Assembly: GCA_030059665.1 (NCBI GenBank)
Contig: JANVYR010000001.1
Coordinates: 128,001-192,000, forward strand
Origin: Candidatus Calditenuis fumarioli
GTDB lineage: Archaea; Thermoproteota; Nitrososphaeria_A; Caldarchaeales; Calditenuaceae
DNA: 64,000 nt
Reading direction: 5' to 3'
The notes beneath the pieces were generated by a model. The model was not told the origin of the DNA and made no database searches. It saw nothing but the letters and a program-made list of their open reading frames with translations. Shown in pieces: positions 9,626 through 18,383 of the stretch (position 1 is the stretch's first letter; each line of letters starts with the position of its first letter). The position numbers and the translations under genes were made by a program.

Positions 9626-11344
9626 TCAGGCCCGCAGCTCGTAAACTGGCTTCGGAGACCACCCGGGTGGAAGGATGATCTCCTCGACGGAGCGTCCCGG
9701 CGGTACCATCGGGAAGACCTTCTCGTCCCTGCTGACGGGTACGTCCAGCACGACAGCCTGGTCGTTCCGGACGGCCCTCCTGACGTGGGACCTGAGCTCC
9801 TCGTAGCTTTGGACGAAGTGCCCCTCGACCCCGAAGGCCTCCGATAGCCTGACCAGGTTCGTGATGTCGGAGAAGTCAACGTCCTTGAACCTCTTGCGGT
9901 AGAAGAGGTCCTGCCACTGCCTGACCATCCCCAGCGACCTGTTGTCGAGTATCACGGTTATGACCGGAAGGTCGTACTCGGCCACGTTGCTGAGCGTCTG
10001 GCAGGTCATCAGGAAGCTCCCGTCGCCGTCGATGTTCAGGACGGTCCTGTTGGGAGCGGCCACCTTCGCACCGAAGGCCGCAGGGAGCCCGAAGCCCATG
10101 GTCCCGAGGCCCCAGCTGCTGATGAAGGTCCCAGGCTCGAGGACGCGGTAGAAGAGCTGCGCCCACATCTGGTGCTGGCCGACGCCGGTGGTGACGATGG
10201 CTGACCTCGGCATCTCCTCCCTCAGCACCTTGACCACCTTCGCCGAGGAGAGGGTGCCCTCGTCGTTCTGGGAGAGCATGTACTCGTCATACGCAGCACC
10301 TATCTCCTTCAGACGCGATATCCAAAGAGGGTCAACCTCAGCCCTGCCCGGCCTGAGCGATCTAAGGATCGACCTGAGGACCTGCTTCGCGTCGCCGCAG
10401 AGGAAGACGTCAGGTTTCACGGCCTTCGCGTTCTCGGATGGATCGACGTCGATGTGGATGACCCTTCGCTTGCTGGAGAACTCCGCCGGCGGCCCTATGG
10501 CCCTGTCCGAGAGCCTCGTGCCGACGCAGATGGCGAGGTCCGACTCGACCAACGCGAGGTTCGCCTCGACCCTTCCGTGCATGCCCACGACGCCGAGCAC
10601 GTTCGGGTGGTCCTCTGGGACGCAGTTCTTCCCTGGAGACGTTGTGACGATTGGGGCCTGGAGCTTCTCCGAGAGTTCCAGGACCTCCGAGGTCGCGTCG
10701 CTGAAGTGAACGCCCCCGCCGACCAGGATGATCGGCTTCCTCGCTGACGACATCAGCTCGACGGCCCTCTCGATGGCTTCGGGATCCGGTACCGGAGTCG
10801 GAAGGACGAAGCCCTCTTCGGGCTCAGGGAGGCCCTCCCATTCGCCGACATCGGCCTGGAAGACGTCGCGGGGGACGTCGATGAGCGTCGGTCCGGGCCT
10901 GAGGGAGATCGAGCAGCGGTATGCGTTCACGAACTCCCGGTGAAGCCTGCTCGGGTCCAGAACCGTGGTGGCGTACTTCACGTGGGCCGTCACCAGACCC
11001 ACTATGTCGGCCTCCTGGAAGGCATCGGTGCCCATGAAAGAGCGGACAACCTGGCCGGTTATCGCCACGAGGGGCGAGCTGTCCATGGCCGCGTTGACGA
11101 TCCCCGTGATGAGGTTCGTCGCCCCGGGTCCGGAGGTCGCCGTCACGACTCCAGGCCTTCTCTTCACCCTGGCGTAGCCCTCTGCTGCGTGGGCAGCCTG
11201 CTGCTCGTGCTTCATCAGGAAGGACCTGATCTCCGAGTCGACCAGCGCGTCGTAGAGCGGCAGGTTGGCGCCACCGGGGATGCCGAAGACGGTGTCGACG
11301 CCGAGCCCCTCCATGGTCCTGACCAGCTTACGCGCGGCGTCCAT
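9626..11344 (-). CDS. ilvB: Acetolactate synthase large (catalytic) subunit
   Basis: FGIPGGANL, KHEQQAAHAAEGYAR, TSGPGATN, VGQHQMW, GDGSF..N ThDP motif. Confidence 0.96.
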   Translation of the reverse strand: MDAARKLVRTMEGLGVDTVFGIPGGANLPLYDALVDSEIRSFLMKHEQQAAHAAEGYARVKRRPGVVTATSGPGATNLITGIVNAAMDSSPLVAITGQVVRSFMGTDAFQEADIVGLVTAHVKYATTVLDPSRLHREFVNAYRCSISLRPGPTLIDVPRDVFQADVGEWEGLPEPEEGFVLPTPVPDPEAIERAVELMSSARKPIILVGGGVHFSDATSEVLELSEKLQAPIVTTSPGKNCVPEDHPNVLGVVGMHGRVEANLALVESDLAICVGTRLSDRAIGPPAEFSSKRRVIHIDVDPSENAKAVKPDVFLCGDAKQVLRSILRSLRPGRAEVDPLWISRLKEIGAAYDEYMLSQNDEGTLSSAKVVKVLREEMPRSAIVTTGVGQHQMWAQLFYRVLEPGTFISSWGLGTMGFGLPAAFGAKVAAPNRTVLNIDGDGSFLMTCQTLSNVAEYDLPVITVILDNRSLGMVRQWQDLFYRKRFKDVDFSDITNLVRLSEAFGVEGHFVQSYEELRSHVRRAVRNDQAVVLDVPVSRDEKVFPMVPPGRSVEEIILPPGWSPKPVYELRA

Positions 11345-11345
11345 C

Positions 11346-12872
11346 TCAGCCCCTCGCCTCCACCGACAGGGCCTGCGAGACCGCTCCCGCCACGGCCATG
11401 GCCACCGCCAGCCCCGGGTCGTGGGCTAGGCCCCTTCCCGTGAGGGTTTTGGAGTTGACAACGACCACGACCTCCGCCTCAGCGGGGTACCTGTCCGGGT
11501 CCGGCGGGACGTACAACGCCAAGTCCTCCAGGCGCACGTCGCCAACAAGCGCGCTGACCGCTCTCCTCATCGCATCGATCGAGGCGGAAACGGTCGACCT
11601 TCCGATTCCCCTGGACTCCATCCGCTCGCCCCTGACGTTGAGGACGAGGCTGCAGGCGAAGGTCTCGCCGTCCTTCGCGTACGAGATCGACTCGACGGAT
11701 ATCGATGGCTTCGAACCGTCCAATACGCCTATCACGTCCCTCAGCAGCAGCTCCTCCGTCACCCGCATCCCCATATCGCCCAGCTCCTTCACCCTCTCCA
11801 GCACGCGCCTCGTCTCCTCGTGGCTGAGGTTGAAACCGTGCTGCTTCAGGACCTCAAGCACCGCATGCGTCCCCGAGTGCTTCCCCAGCACTATCCTCCT
11901 CCTCTTACCGACGACCTCTGGCATGACCGGTTCGTACGTCGCAGGGTTGTTGATCACGCCGTGGACGTGGATACCGCTCTCGTGCGAGAAGGCGTTGTCA
12001 CCCACCACGGCCTTGTTCTTCTGGACGACCATCCCCGTCAGCCGGGAGACGAGCCGCGAGACGCTCGCCAGCTTCTCGAGCCTTATGCCTGTCTTTACGC
12101 CGTACAGCGTCTCCAGCGCCAGCACCACCTCCTCGAGGCTCGTGTTGCCAGCCCTCTCGCCGATGCCGTTCACGGTGACGTGGACGATCTCCGCTCCGCC
12201 CTCGACGCCGGCCAGCGTGTTGGCAGTTGCGAGCCCCATGTCGTCGTGGCAGTGAACGGCCACCGGAAGTCCCGTGACGCCCTTCACCTCCCTCACCAGC
12301 TCCTTCATCACCTCCGGTATCGCGACGCCCACCGTGTCCGGGATGTCGACGCTGTCCGCCCCCGCCTCTGCCGCTCCCCTGTACACCTTCAGGAGGAACT
12401 TCCTTTCGGACCTCGTGGCGTCCTCGCAGGAGAAGTGGACCGTCACGCCCCTCGACTTGGCGTACTCGACCATCTCGACGGCCCTGCTGTAGACCTCATC
12501 CGGCGTCATCCGGAGCTTGTACTTCATGTGGAGCTCCGAGGTGGCTATGAAGACGTGGACCCAGTCGACCCCAGCGTCGACGGCCCTGTCGATGTCTCCC
12601 TTCTCGCACCTGCTCAGCGCGCAGATTTTCGACGGGAGCCCGAGCCTAGCGATGGACCTGACGGCCTCCATCTCGCCCCTCGAGACCGCCGGATATCCGG
12701 CCTCGATCACCGCTACGCCGAGATCCGCCAGCGCCTCCGCTATCCTCAGCTTCTCCTCCACCCTCAGCGCCACACCGGGACTCTGCTCGCCGTCGCGCAG
12801 CGTCGTGTCGAAGACCTGGACCCTCTCCGGCAGCGATGGATTCCGTCCCAGAACGAACTCTCTCCAGACCAT
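11346..12872 (-). CDS. leuA: 2-isopropylmalate synthase (LeuA/CimA family)
   Basis: DTTLRDGEQ, HCHDDMGLA, GERAGN, HESGIH, GKHSG plus C-terminal regulatory domain. ATG 12872 follows a GAGGTGA SD (GTG 12881 is the alternative). LeuA versus CimA is not resolved. Confidence 0.85.
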   Translation of the reverse strand: MVWREFVLGRNPSLPERVQVFDTTLRDGEQSPGVALRVEEKLRIAEALADLGVAVIEAGYPAVSRGEMEAVRSIARLGLPSKICALSRCEKGDIDRAVDAGVDWVHVFIATSELHMKYKLRMTPDEVYSRAVEMVEYAKSRGVTVHFSCEDATRSERKFLLKVYRGAAEAGADSVDIPDTVGVAIPEVMKELVREVKGVTGLPVAVHCHDDMGLATANTLAGVEGGAEIVHVTVNGIGERAGNTSLEEVVLALETLYGVKTGIRLEKLASVSRLVSRLTGMVVQKNKAVVGDNAFSHESGIHVHGVINNPATYEPVMPEVVGKRRRIVLGKHSGTHAVLEVLKQHGFNLSHEETRRVLERVKELGDMGMRVTEELLLRDVIGVLDGSKPSISVESISYAKDGETFACSLVLNVRGERMESRGIGRSTVSASIDAMRRAVSALVGDVRLEDLALYVPPDPDRYPAEAEVVVVVNSKTLTGRGLAHDPGLAVAMAVAGAVSQALSVEARG

Positions 12873-12882
12873 CTCGATCACC

Positions 12883-12951
12883 TCAGAGGAGGAGCAGCGG
12901 GGAGGGCGCCTCGATCACGCTACTCGTCGCGCACCCCAGGAACGAGCTCAT
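12883..12951 (-). CDS. Putative leucine-rich leader peptide MSSFLGCATSSVIEAPSPLLLL upstream of leuA
   Basis: ATG at 12951, four tandem Leu codons (CTG CTC CTC CTC), TGA at 12885-12883 overlapping the leuA SD. Confidence 0.6.
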   Translation of the reverse strand: MSSFLGCATSSVIEAPSPLLLL

Positions 12952-13006
12952 TCGGGACCAAGCAATACAGCCCCACCCGCTTGCTCCAACGTCAGAAACC
13001 GGCCTG

Positions 13007-13014
13007 ATTTAAAC
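13007..13014 (-). promoter_or_regulatory. TATA box of the leuA-ilvB operon
   Basis: GTTTAAAT on the minus strand in GC-rich context; predicts a start site near 12985-12988. Confidence 0.6.
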
Positions 13015-13207
13015 CTACGCTTAGGAGCGTGCCGGTCCTATCCCAGAGGGGAACTTGTCCCGCAGCGCTCCACGAACAAACTGCGAACGACCTGCGAGGA
13101 TTCCCGGATCGATGGGGGTACAACGACACGGGCGATCGCGGCCTGTCGGCCTCGTGATTGCTCAGCTCTCTTTGCGTTTTTTACCGCGAAGGGAACCCCA
13201 TCACCGG

Positions 13208-15094
13208 ATGGAGGGCCCTGTGATACGGAGGCTGATCCGAGAGGCGAGCGAGGCCCTCGAGGCCGCCGGCCTGAAGGACCCGAAGGTGACGCTGACGAAG
13301 TCAGTGAAGTTCGGACTCCTCACGTCCACTTCGTCCTTCGAGGAGGCCCGCAGGACAGGCGTGGATCCCATGGAGAGGGCGAGGTCGGTCCTGGGGCAGC
13401 TCAGGCTTCCGGAGGGCTCGCTGCTCGAGAAGGTCGAGGCCGCACCTCCAGGTTACATCAACTTCCATCCCAGCTGGGGCGAGCTGGCCCGCGCGGTGGT
13501 GAGCGAGGTCCTCGCAGCTCCGGACGCTTACTTCAGGGTTGAGGACGGACCGAGGGAGGTCGTGGTCGAGCACACGAGCGTCAACCCCAACAAGGCGCTC
13601 CACATAGGCCACGCGAGGAACGTCTGCATCGGCGACACGATAGCCCGGGTGATGAGGAAGGCCGGTGCGAGGGTTCTGGTGATCAACTACGTCGACGACA
13701 GCGGCGTCCAGATGGCGGAGCTCCTCCTCGGCTTCCGGCTCCTCGGTTACCCGCTCGAGCCGAGGGAGGGGATGAGGTTCGACGAGTACTGCGGCGACGT
13801 CGTCTACGTCGAGGTCAACAGGAGGGCTGAGGCGGATCCGGAGGTCGAGAGGCAGAGGAGGGAGATAGCGAGGAGGATCGAGCAGAGGGGGACCGAAGAG
13901 TTCGAGCAGGCCAGGAGGGTGGCGCTGATGGTCCTCAGGGACCAGCTCAAGACGACCTCGAGGCTCGGTGCGACGTACGACCTGCTGGTCAGGGAGAGCG
14001 ACGTGGTGGTCACGGGCCTCTGGGCCGAGGCCTTCCGGAGGATGAAGGAGGCCGGACTGGTCAGGTTCGTTGAGGAGGGCCCCAAGAAGGGTTGCTGGGT
14101 CGTGGACCTCTCCGGACACCCGGTCCTCTCGAAGGAGGGAGACGAGGTCTTGGTCAAGAGCGACGGCGCAACCACCTACGTCGCGAGGGACATAGCGTTC
14201 GCGATGTGGAAGATGGGCGCGTCGGAGACGAGGCTCCTCTTCAGGCGCATCGAGCTCGACGGCCAGACCGTCACGATGTCCGACGTCGAGGGCGAGGACC
14301 TCGGGCCCTTCAGATCCGATCTGGTGGTGACGGTGGTGGACTCGAGGCAGAGGAGGCCGCAGGAGGTGGTCAGGTACGCGCTGGAGAGGATGGGCGTCAA
14401 GGGCAGGTACGTCCACTACTCGTACGAGCCGGTTGCCCTCAGCAGGAGGTCGGCGGAGCTCCTGGGAGTGAAAGCCGAGGGCGAGGTGGTCCACATGAGC
14501 GGCCGGAGGGGACTGTACTTCAAGGCGGAGGAGGTGTTAGACAAGCTGAAGGAGGTCGCGGCCCGCGAGACAAGGGCCAGGAGGCCCGATTGGAGCGAGG
14601 AGAAGGTGAGGGAGGTGGCCGAGGCGCTCGCGGTGGGAGCGTTCAGGTACGGCATGCTGCGGATCGAGAGCGACCGTCAGATCGTCTTCGATCTGGAGGA
14701 GTCGCTCCGCCTCGAGGGAGACACCGGACCATACCTCCAGTACTCGGTCGTGAGGGCGAGGAAGATCCTGCAGAAGGCCAGGGAAGCGGGAATCGGACAG
14801 ATCGCCCCCGATCGCTCACCACCGGCCGAGCTGAGCGAGCACGAGCTGCAGCTGGTCAGGGAGCTCGCGGTGACGCCGCTGGTGATGGAGGAGGTGGTCA
14901 GGACGCTCTACATCAGGTCGCTCGTGACCCACGCGAGGAACCTCGCCATGCGCTTCAACGAGTTCTACGAGCGGTGCCCGGTCATCGGCAGCGGCGAGTG
15001 GGAGGGTTTCAGGCTCTCGCTGGTCGGCGCTTACGATCGGATCGAGTCGAGGCTGCTGGAGCTCCTCGGCATACCGGTGCTCGACGAGATCTGA
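13208..15094 (+). CDS. argS: Arginyl-tRNA synthetase
   Basis: EHTSVNPNKALHIGHARN (HIGH), KSDGATTYVARD, MSGRRG, GDTGPYLQYS; DALR domain. Confidence 0.96.
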   Translation: MEGPVIRRLIREASEALEAAGLKDPKVTLTKSVKFGLLTSTSSFEEARRTGVDPMERARSVLGQLRLPEGSLLEKVEAAPPGYINFHPSWGELARAVVSEVLAAPDAYFRVEDGPREVVVEHTSVNPNKALHIGHARNVCIGDTIARVMRKAGARVLVINYVDDSGVQMAELLLGFRLLGYPLEPREGMRFDEYCGDVVYVEVNRRAEADPEVERQRREIARRIEQRGTEEFEQARRVALMVLRDQLKTTSRLGATYDLLVRESDVVVTGLWAEAFRRMKEAGLVRFVEEGPKKGCWVVDLSGHPVLSKEGDEVLVKSDGATTYVARDIAFAMWKMGASETRLLFRRIELDGQTVTMSDVEGEDLGPFRSDLVVTVVDSRQRRPQEVVRYALERMGVKGRYVHYSYEPVALSRRSAELLGVKAEGEVVHMSGRRGLYFKAEEVLDKLKEVAARETRARRPDWSEEKVREVAEALAVGAFRYGMLRIESDRQIVFDLEESLRLEGDTGPYLQYSVVRARKILQKAREAGIGQIAPDRSPPAELSEHELQLVRELAVTPLVMEEVVRTLYIRSLVTHARNLAMRFNEFYERCPVIGSGEWEGFRLSLVGAYDRIESRLLELLGIPVLDEI

Positions 15095-15148
15095 GACCGG
15101 CGGAGGCCGCGTGCAAACCAAAATAGGACCGCAGAAGACGTCAGGGTG

Positions 15149-15210
15149 CGGATGAAGAGACCGACCTGCAACGACGGGTCTCCCGGATGAGATGCATGCC
15201 TCCTCTCTGA
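15149..15210 (+). ncRNA. Candidate C/D-box guide sRNA (sR-A)
   Basis: C CGGATGA (15149-55), guide AGAGACCGACCTG, D' ACGA (15171-74), C' CGGATGA (15184-90), guide GCATGCCTCCTCT, D CTGA (15207-10). Guides are complementary to recalled conserved rRNA segments. Confidence 0.7.
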
Positions 15211-15275
15211 CGACGCGTTGGCCAGTAGCTCCCGATCCTCCGCAGTCGAGGTTCCGGCTTTTGGGGTTCCGCGCG

Positions 15276-16178
15276 TCAGCTCCTCGGAAGCCTCCTGTAG
15301 GAGCCCTCCGGAGCCAGATCTCGCACCGCCTCGGGGTGTATCATCTCCGCAAGGGCCTCCACGCCCTCCACGATAGACGGGCCGTGGCCGCTGAACCTGG
15401 CCTTGGCGTCGACCGCGTAGATCGTTCCCGTCGAGAAAGCGGGCGTGGACCTCACCCAACCGGATTCGAGGAGCTGTAGCGCATCGCGGTAGGAGCGCTC
15501 AAGCCTGAACCCGCACGGCCCCACCACGATGACCTCGGGACCGTACGCCGCCGCGTCCTCCCCGCGGATCCTCTTGGAGGGCCTTCCGGGATCTCCGAAG
15601 TCGACGCCGCCGGCGACCTCGATCATGTCCGGAACCCAGTGACCCGAGCAGAAAGGCGGATCCACCCATTCCAGGAAGAGCGTCCTCCTTCTCCGGAGAC
15701 CGCTCACCAGCTCCCTGACGTTTTGGAGCCTCAGCTCGACCCTCTCCACCAGCTCCCTGGCCTCCCGAAGCCTTCCGGTGACCTCACCCAGCCGGAGGTA
15801 CTCCTTCAGCACGTCCTCAAGCCTCTCCGGCCCGACCTCAACGACCCTCGCGATGGCGTGCAACCTATCGCCGAGCGCGTCCGGTGTCACCGCGCAGACG
15901 TTGCAGAGCCTCTGGACCACTATGAGGTCAGGGTTGAGCTGCTCGATCAGACGGAGGTCGACCTCGTAGGGGTTCTCTCCGCGCTCCGAGAAGGACCTGA
16001 CGGCCGCGTCGATCTCCGCCTCGGTCATCGAGTCCGGATCGATCTTCGACCTCACCACGACGGCCCTTCTCCCCGGCTCCGGATCAGGGCAGGCGTAGGT
16101 GATGCCCACGACCTCGTCCTCGAGCCCCAGTGCGTAGAGCGTCTCCGTGGCGCTCGGCACGAGCGAGACGATCCTCAC
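15276..16178 (-). CDS. BtuF-like cobalamin/Fe-siderophore-class substrate-binding protein
   Basis: MRIVSLVPSATETLYALG, LNPDLIV, EW.DPPFCSGHWVPDMIEVAGG; no signal peptide seen. Confidence 0.85.
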   Translation of the reverse strand: MRIVSLVPSATETLYALGLEDEVVGITYACPDPEPGRRAVVVRSKIDPDSMTEAEIDAAVRSFSERGENPYEVDLRLIEQLNPDLIVVQRLCNVCAVTPDALGDRLHAIARVVEVGPERLEDVLKEYLRLGEVTGRLREARELVERVELRLQNVRELVSGLRRRRTLFLEWVDPPFCSGHWVPDMIEVAGGVDFGDPGRPSKRIRGEDAAAYGPEVIVVGPCGFRLERSYRDALQLLESGWVRSTPAFSTGTIYAVDAKARFSGHGPSIVEGVEALAEMIHPEAVRDLAPEGSYRRLPRS

Positions 16179-16342
16179 GGCACTTGGAAATCTCTGCGCG
16201 GATATCTCGTTATCGGAGCGACGCGCTCCTCAGGGTATTAGTCCAATGATTGAGAGGACCGATTTCGGGTTAAGAGCGCTCGAACTCATGGTAGGGGTTG
16301 AAGGGTGAAGGATATCTACCACGAGCAAGAATTGGTCCGGGC

Positions 16343-16771
16343 ATGAGCGGGTTGGACGACTCGGAGCTGGAGCGGATCAAAATGCGGAAGCTGATGGAGA
16401 TGATGAGGGAGACCTCTCAGCCGAAGAGCCAGCCGGAAAAGCCGGTTCTCGACCACCCGGTTGACCTGACCGACGCAGACTTCGACGAGTTCGTGAGGTC
16501 CCACGACCTGGTGGTGGTAGACTTCTGGGCCGACTGGTGCATGCCCTGCAGGTTCATGGCGCCGGTGGTCAAGGAGCTGGCCAAGGAGATGGCGGGCAAG
16601 GTAGCCTTCGGGAAGCTGAACGTCGACGAGAACCCGAGGACCGCGGCCAGGTTCGGGATAATGAGCATACCGACTTTCCTGGTCTTCAGGAACGGCAAAC
16701 TGGTGGACGCCCTGGTCGGCGCGATGCCGAAGCAGAGGTTCAAGGCGGCCATCGAGCGCTACCTAAGCTGA
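16343..16771 (+). CDS. trxA: Thioredoxin with N-terminal helical extension
   Basis: DFWADWCMPC active site, KLNVDENP..A.RFGIMSIPT. Confidence 0.95.
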   Translation: MSGLDDSELERIKMRKLMEMMRETSQPKSQPEKPVLDHPVDLTDADFDEFVRSHDLVVVDFWADWCMPCRFMAPVVKELAKEMAGKVAFGKLNVDENPRTAARFGIMSIPTFLVFRNGKLVDALVGAMPKQRFKAAIERYLS

Positions 16772-16773
16772 GC

Positions 16774-17268
16774 TCACACGCCGAGGTAAAGGTCGGGCTC
16801 CTTTATCCCCACCGAGTGGAAGACCTCTGCCTCAACCCTTCCCATACCCTCACCGCCGCGCATCCTGAGCTCGTTGTACCTCCGGTAGAAGGCCGCCCTG
16901 ACCTCCTCCACATATGAGAAGAGCTCGTTCATGTCCCTGTACTGGCCCCTCATGGTCCTGTACCTTATGCCGTCCCGTTCGACCTCCGCGAAGAGGGCGG
17001 TGATGGTTCCCGGAGCCTTCTCGTACCCCTTCTTCTTACCCCGGCCTGAACCCCTCGCGACGGCCTCGACCAGCACCGAGACGCGCCTCGCGCCCTGTCC
17101 CGACCCGAGCTGCATGTCCAGCGCGAACCCGCACCTTCCGAACCTCGCGTAGATCCTCTTCTCCATCGGGTAGTGCCTCAGCGTCGCAAGCCCCGTGAGC
17201 CCCTCGTCCTCCAGGTACTTCAGTATCTCACGGACTATCCTCGAACCAGCCCGTTGCACGTCCTCCAC
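16774..17268 (-). CDS. Hypothetical protein, co-oriented downstream of rfcS
   Basis: 164-aa ORF filling the gap; GTG start preceded by GAGGAAGG. Confidence 0.7.
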   Translation of the reverse strand: MEDVQRAGSRIVREILKYLEDEGLTGLATLRHYPMEKRIYARFGRCGFALDMQLGSGQGARRVSVLVEAVARGSGRGKKKGYEKAPGTITALFAEVERDGIRYRTMRGQYRDMNELFSYVEEVRAAFYRRYNELRMRGGEGMGRVEAEVFHSVGIKEPDLYLGV

Positions 17269-17312
17269 CGATTGCCTTCCTCATTTATATGTTTGGTAAG
17301 TCGATCGGCTAT

Positions 17313-18296
17313 TCACGAACGCTTGCCGGATAGGGCGTGGAGGGCGGAGAGGACCGTCATGATCTGGACCTCGGGCGTGGCTCCTTGGGAGATGCGGTAG
17401 TCGACCTCGCCGAGCAGGCTGAAGAGTTTGGCCTTCTCCGTCTCGGGTATCGAGAGGTAGAAGAGCTCGCTGTACATGCTCGAGACGATCTCGCGCTCGG
17501 AGACGCCGTCGACGTACAGCGCCTGCCAGAGGAGCTTCCTCGCCTCCGTCAGGTTCCCGGAGAGGGCGAGCTCCATCATCCGCCTGGCCTCTATCCCAGC
17601 CGCGAGGCCCGCAACCCGGTAGAGCAGGTCCACGGTTATCCTCTTGGAGTAGACGGATGCCGTCTGGAGGAGGTTCAGGACCTTCCTCAGGTCGCCCTCC
17701 GAGATCCTGTAGAGCTCCTTCACCACCTGTTCGTCCACCTCGAGCCCCTCGTTCCGCGCTACACGCTCCACCATCTGACGTACCCCGTCCTCCTCTATCG
17801 GCTTGAACCTGAACACAGCGCAGCGCGACTGTATCGGCTCGATGATCCGGTTGAAGTAGTTGGCTGCCAGGATGAACCTGCACGTGGTCGAGAACTGCTC
17901 CATCACCCTCCTGAAGGCGTGCTGGGCCTCTGCGGTCAGCATGTCCGACTCGTCCAAGAGCAGTATCTTGAAGCCGGGGCCTGCCATGGGGATCGTCCTG
18001 GCGAAGTTCTTCACCTTCTCCCTGATCACGTCTATCCCCCTCTCGTCGCTGGCGTTGATCTCGAGGAAGTGGCCGTCCTCGATGTAGCGCTCGCCGTAGA
18101 GGTCCCTCGCGAAGGCATGGGCGGTCGCTGTCTTGCCCACACCGGGTGGACCCGTGAAGAGCATGTGGGGGATGTTGCCGGTGCGGATCGCGTTGGTCAG
18201 CGCCGTCACGATCGCCTCCTGGTTGATCACCTCCTTCAGCGTCTTGGGCCTGTACTTCTCAATCCACGGTATGGCCTCGGTCAACCCATTGAGCAC
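17313..18296 (-). CDS. rfcS: Replication factor C small subunit
   Basis: PWIEKYRP, GPPGVGKT, EINASDERG, LLDESD, IQSRC; no intein. Confidence 0.97.
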   Translation of the reverse strand: MLNGLTEAIPWIEKYRPKTLKEVINQEAIVTALTNAIRTGNIPHMLFTGPPGVGKTATAHAFARDLYGERYIEDGHFLEINASDERGIDVIREKVKNFARTIPMAGPGFKILLLDESDMLTAEAQHAFRRVMEQFSTTCRFILAANYFNRIIEPIQSRCAVFRFKPIEEDGVRQMVERVARNEGLEVDEQVVKELYRISEGDLRKVLNLLQTASVYSKRITVDLLYRVAGLAAGIEARRMMELALSGNLTEARKLLWQALYVDGVSEREIVSSMYSELFYLSIPETEKAKLFSLLGEVDYRISQGATPEVQIMTVLSALHALSGKRS

Positions 18297-18383
18297 CTGA
18301 GGAAGACGCTAAAAACGCTTCACAGTAAGCCCGGCACAAATGTCACAAAAATGGAGAGGGTTCGACTCCGTTTAAGTCTGGGG

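Noticed and set aside
16179-16342. Cobalamin riboswitch upstream of the BtuF-like gene
   Set aside because: No B12-box or conserved core is visible, and the region is short and shared with the trx promoter.
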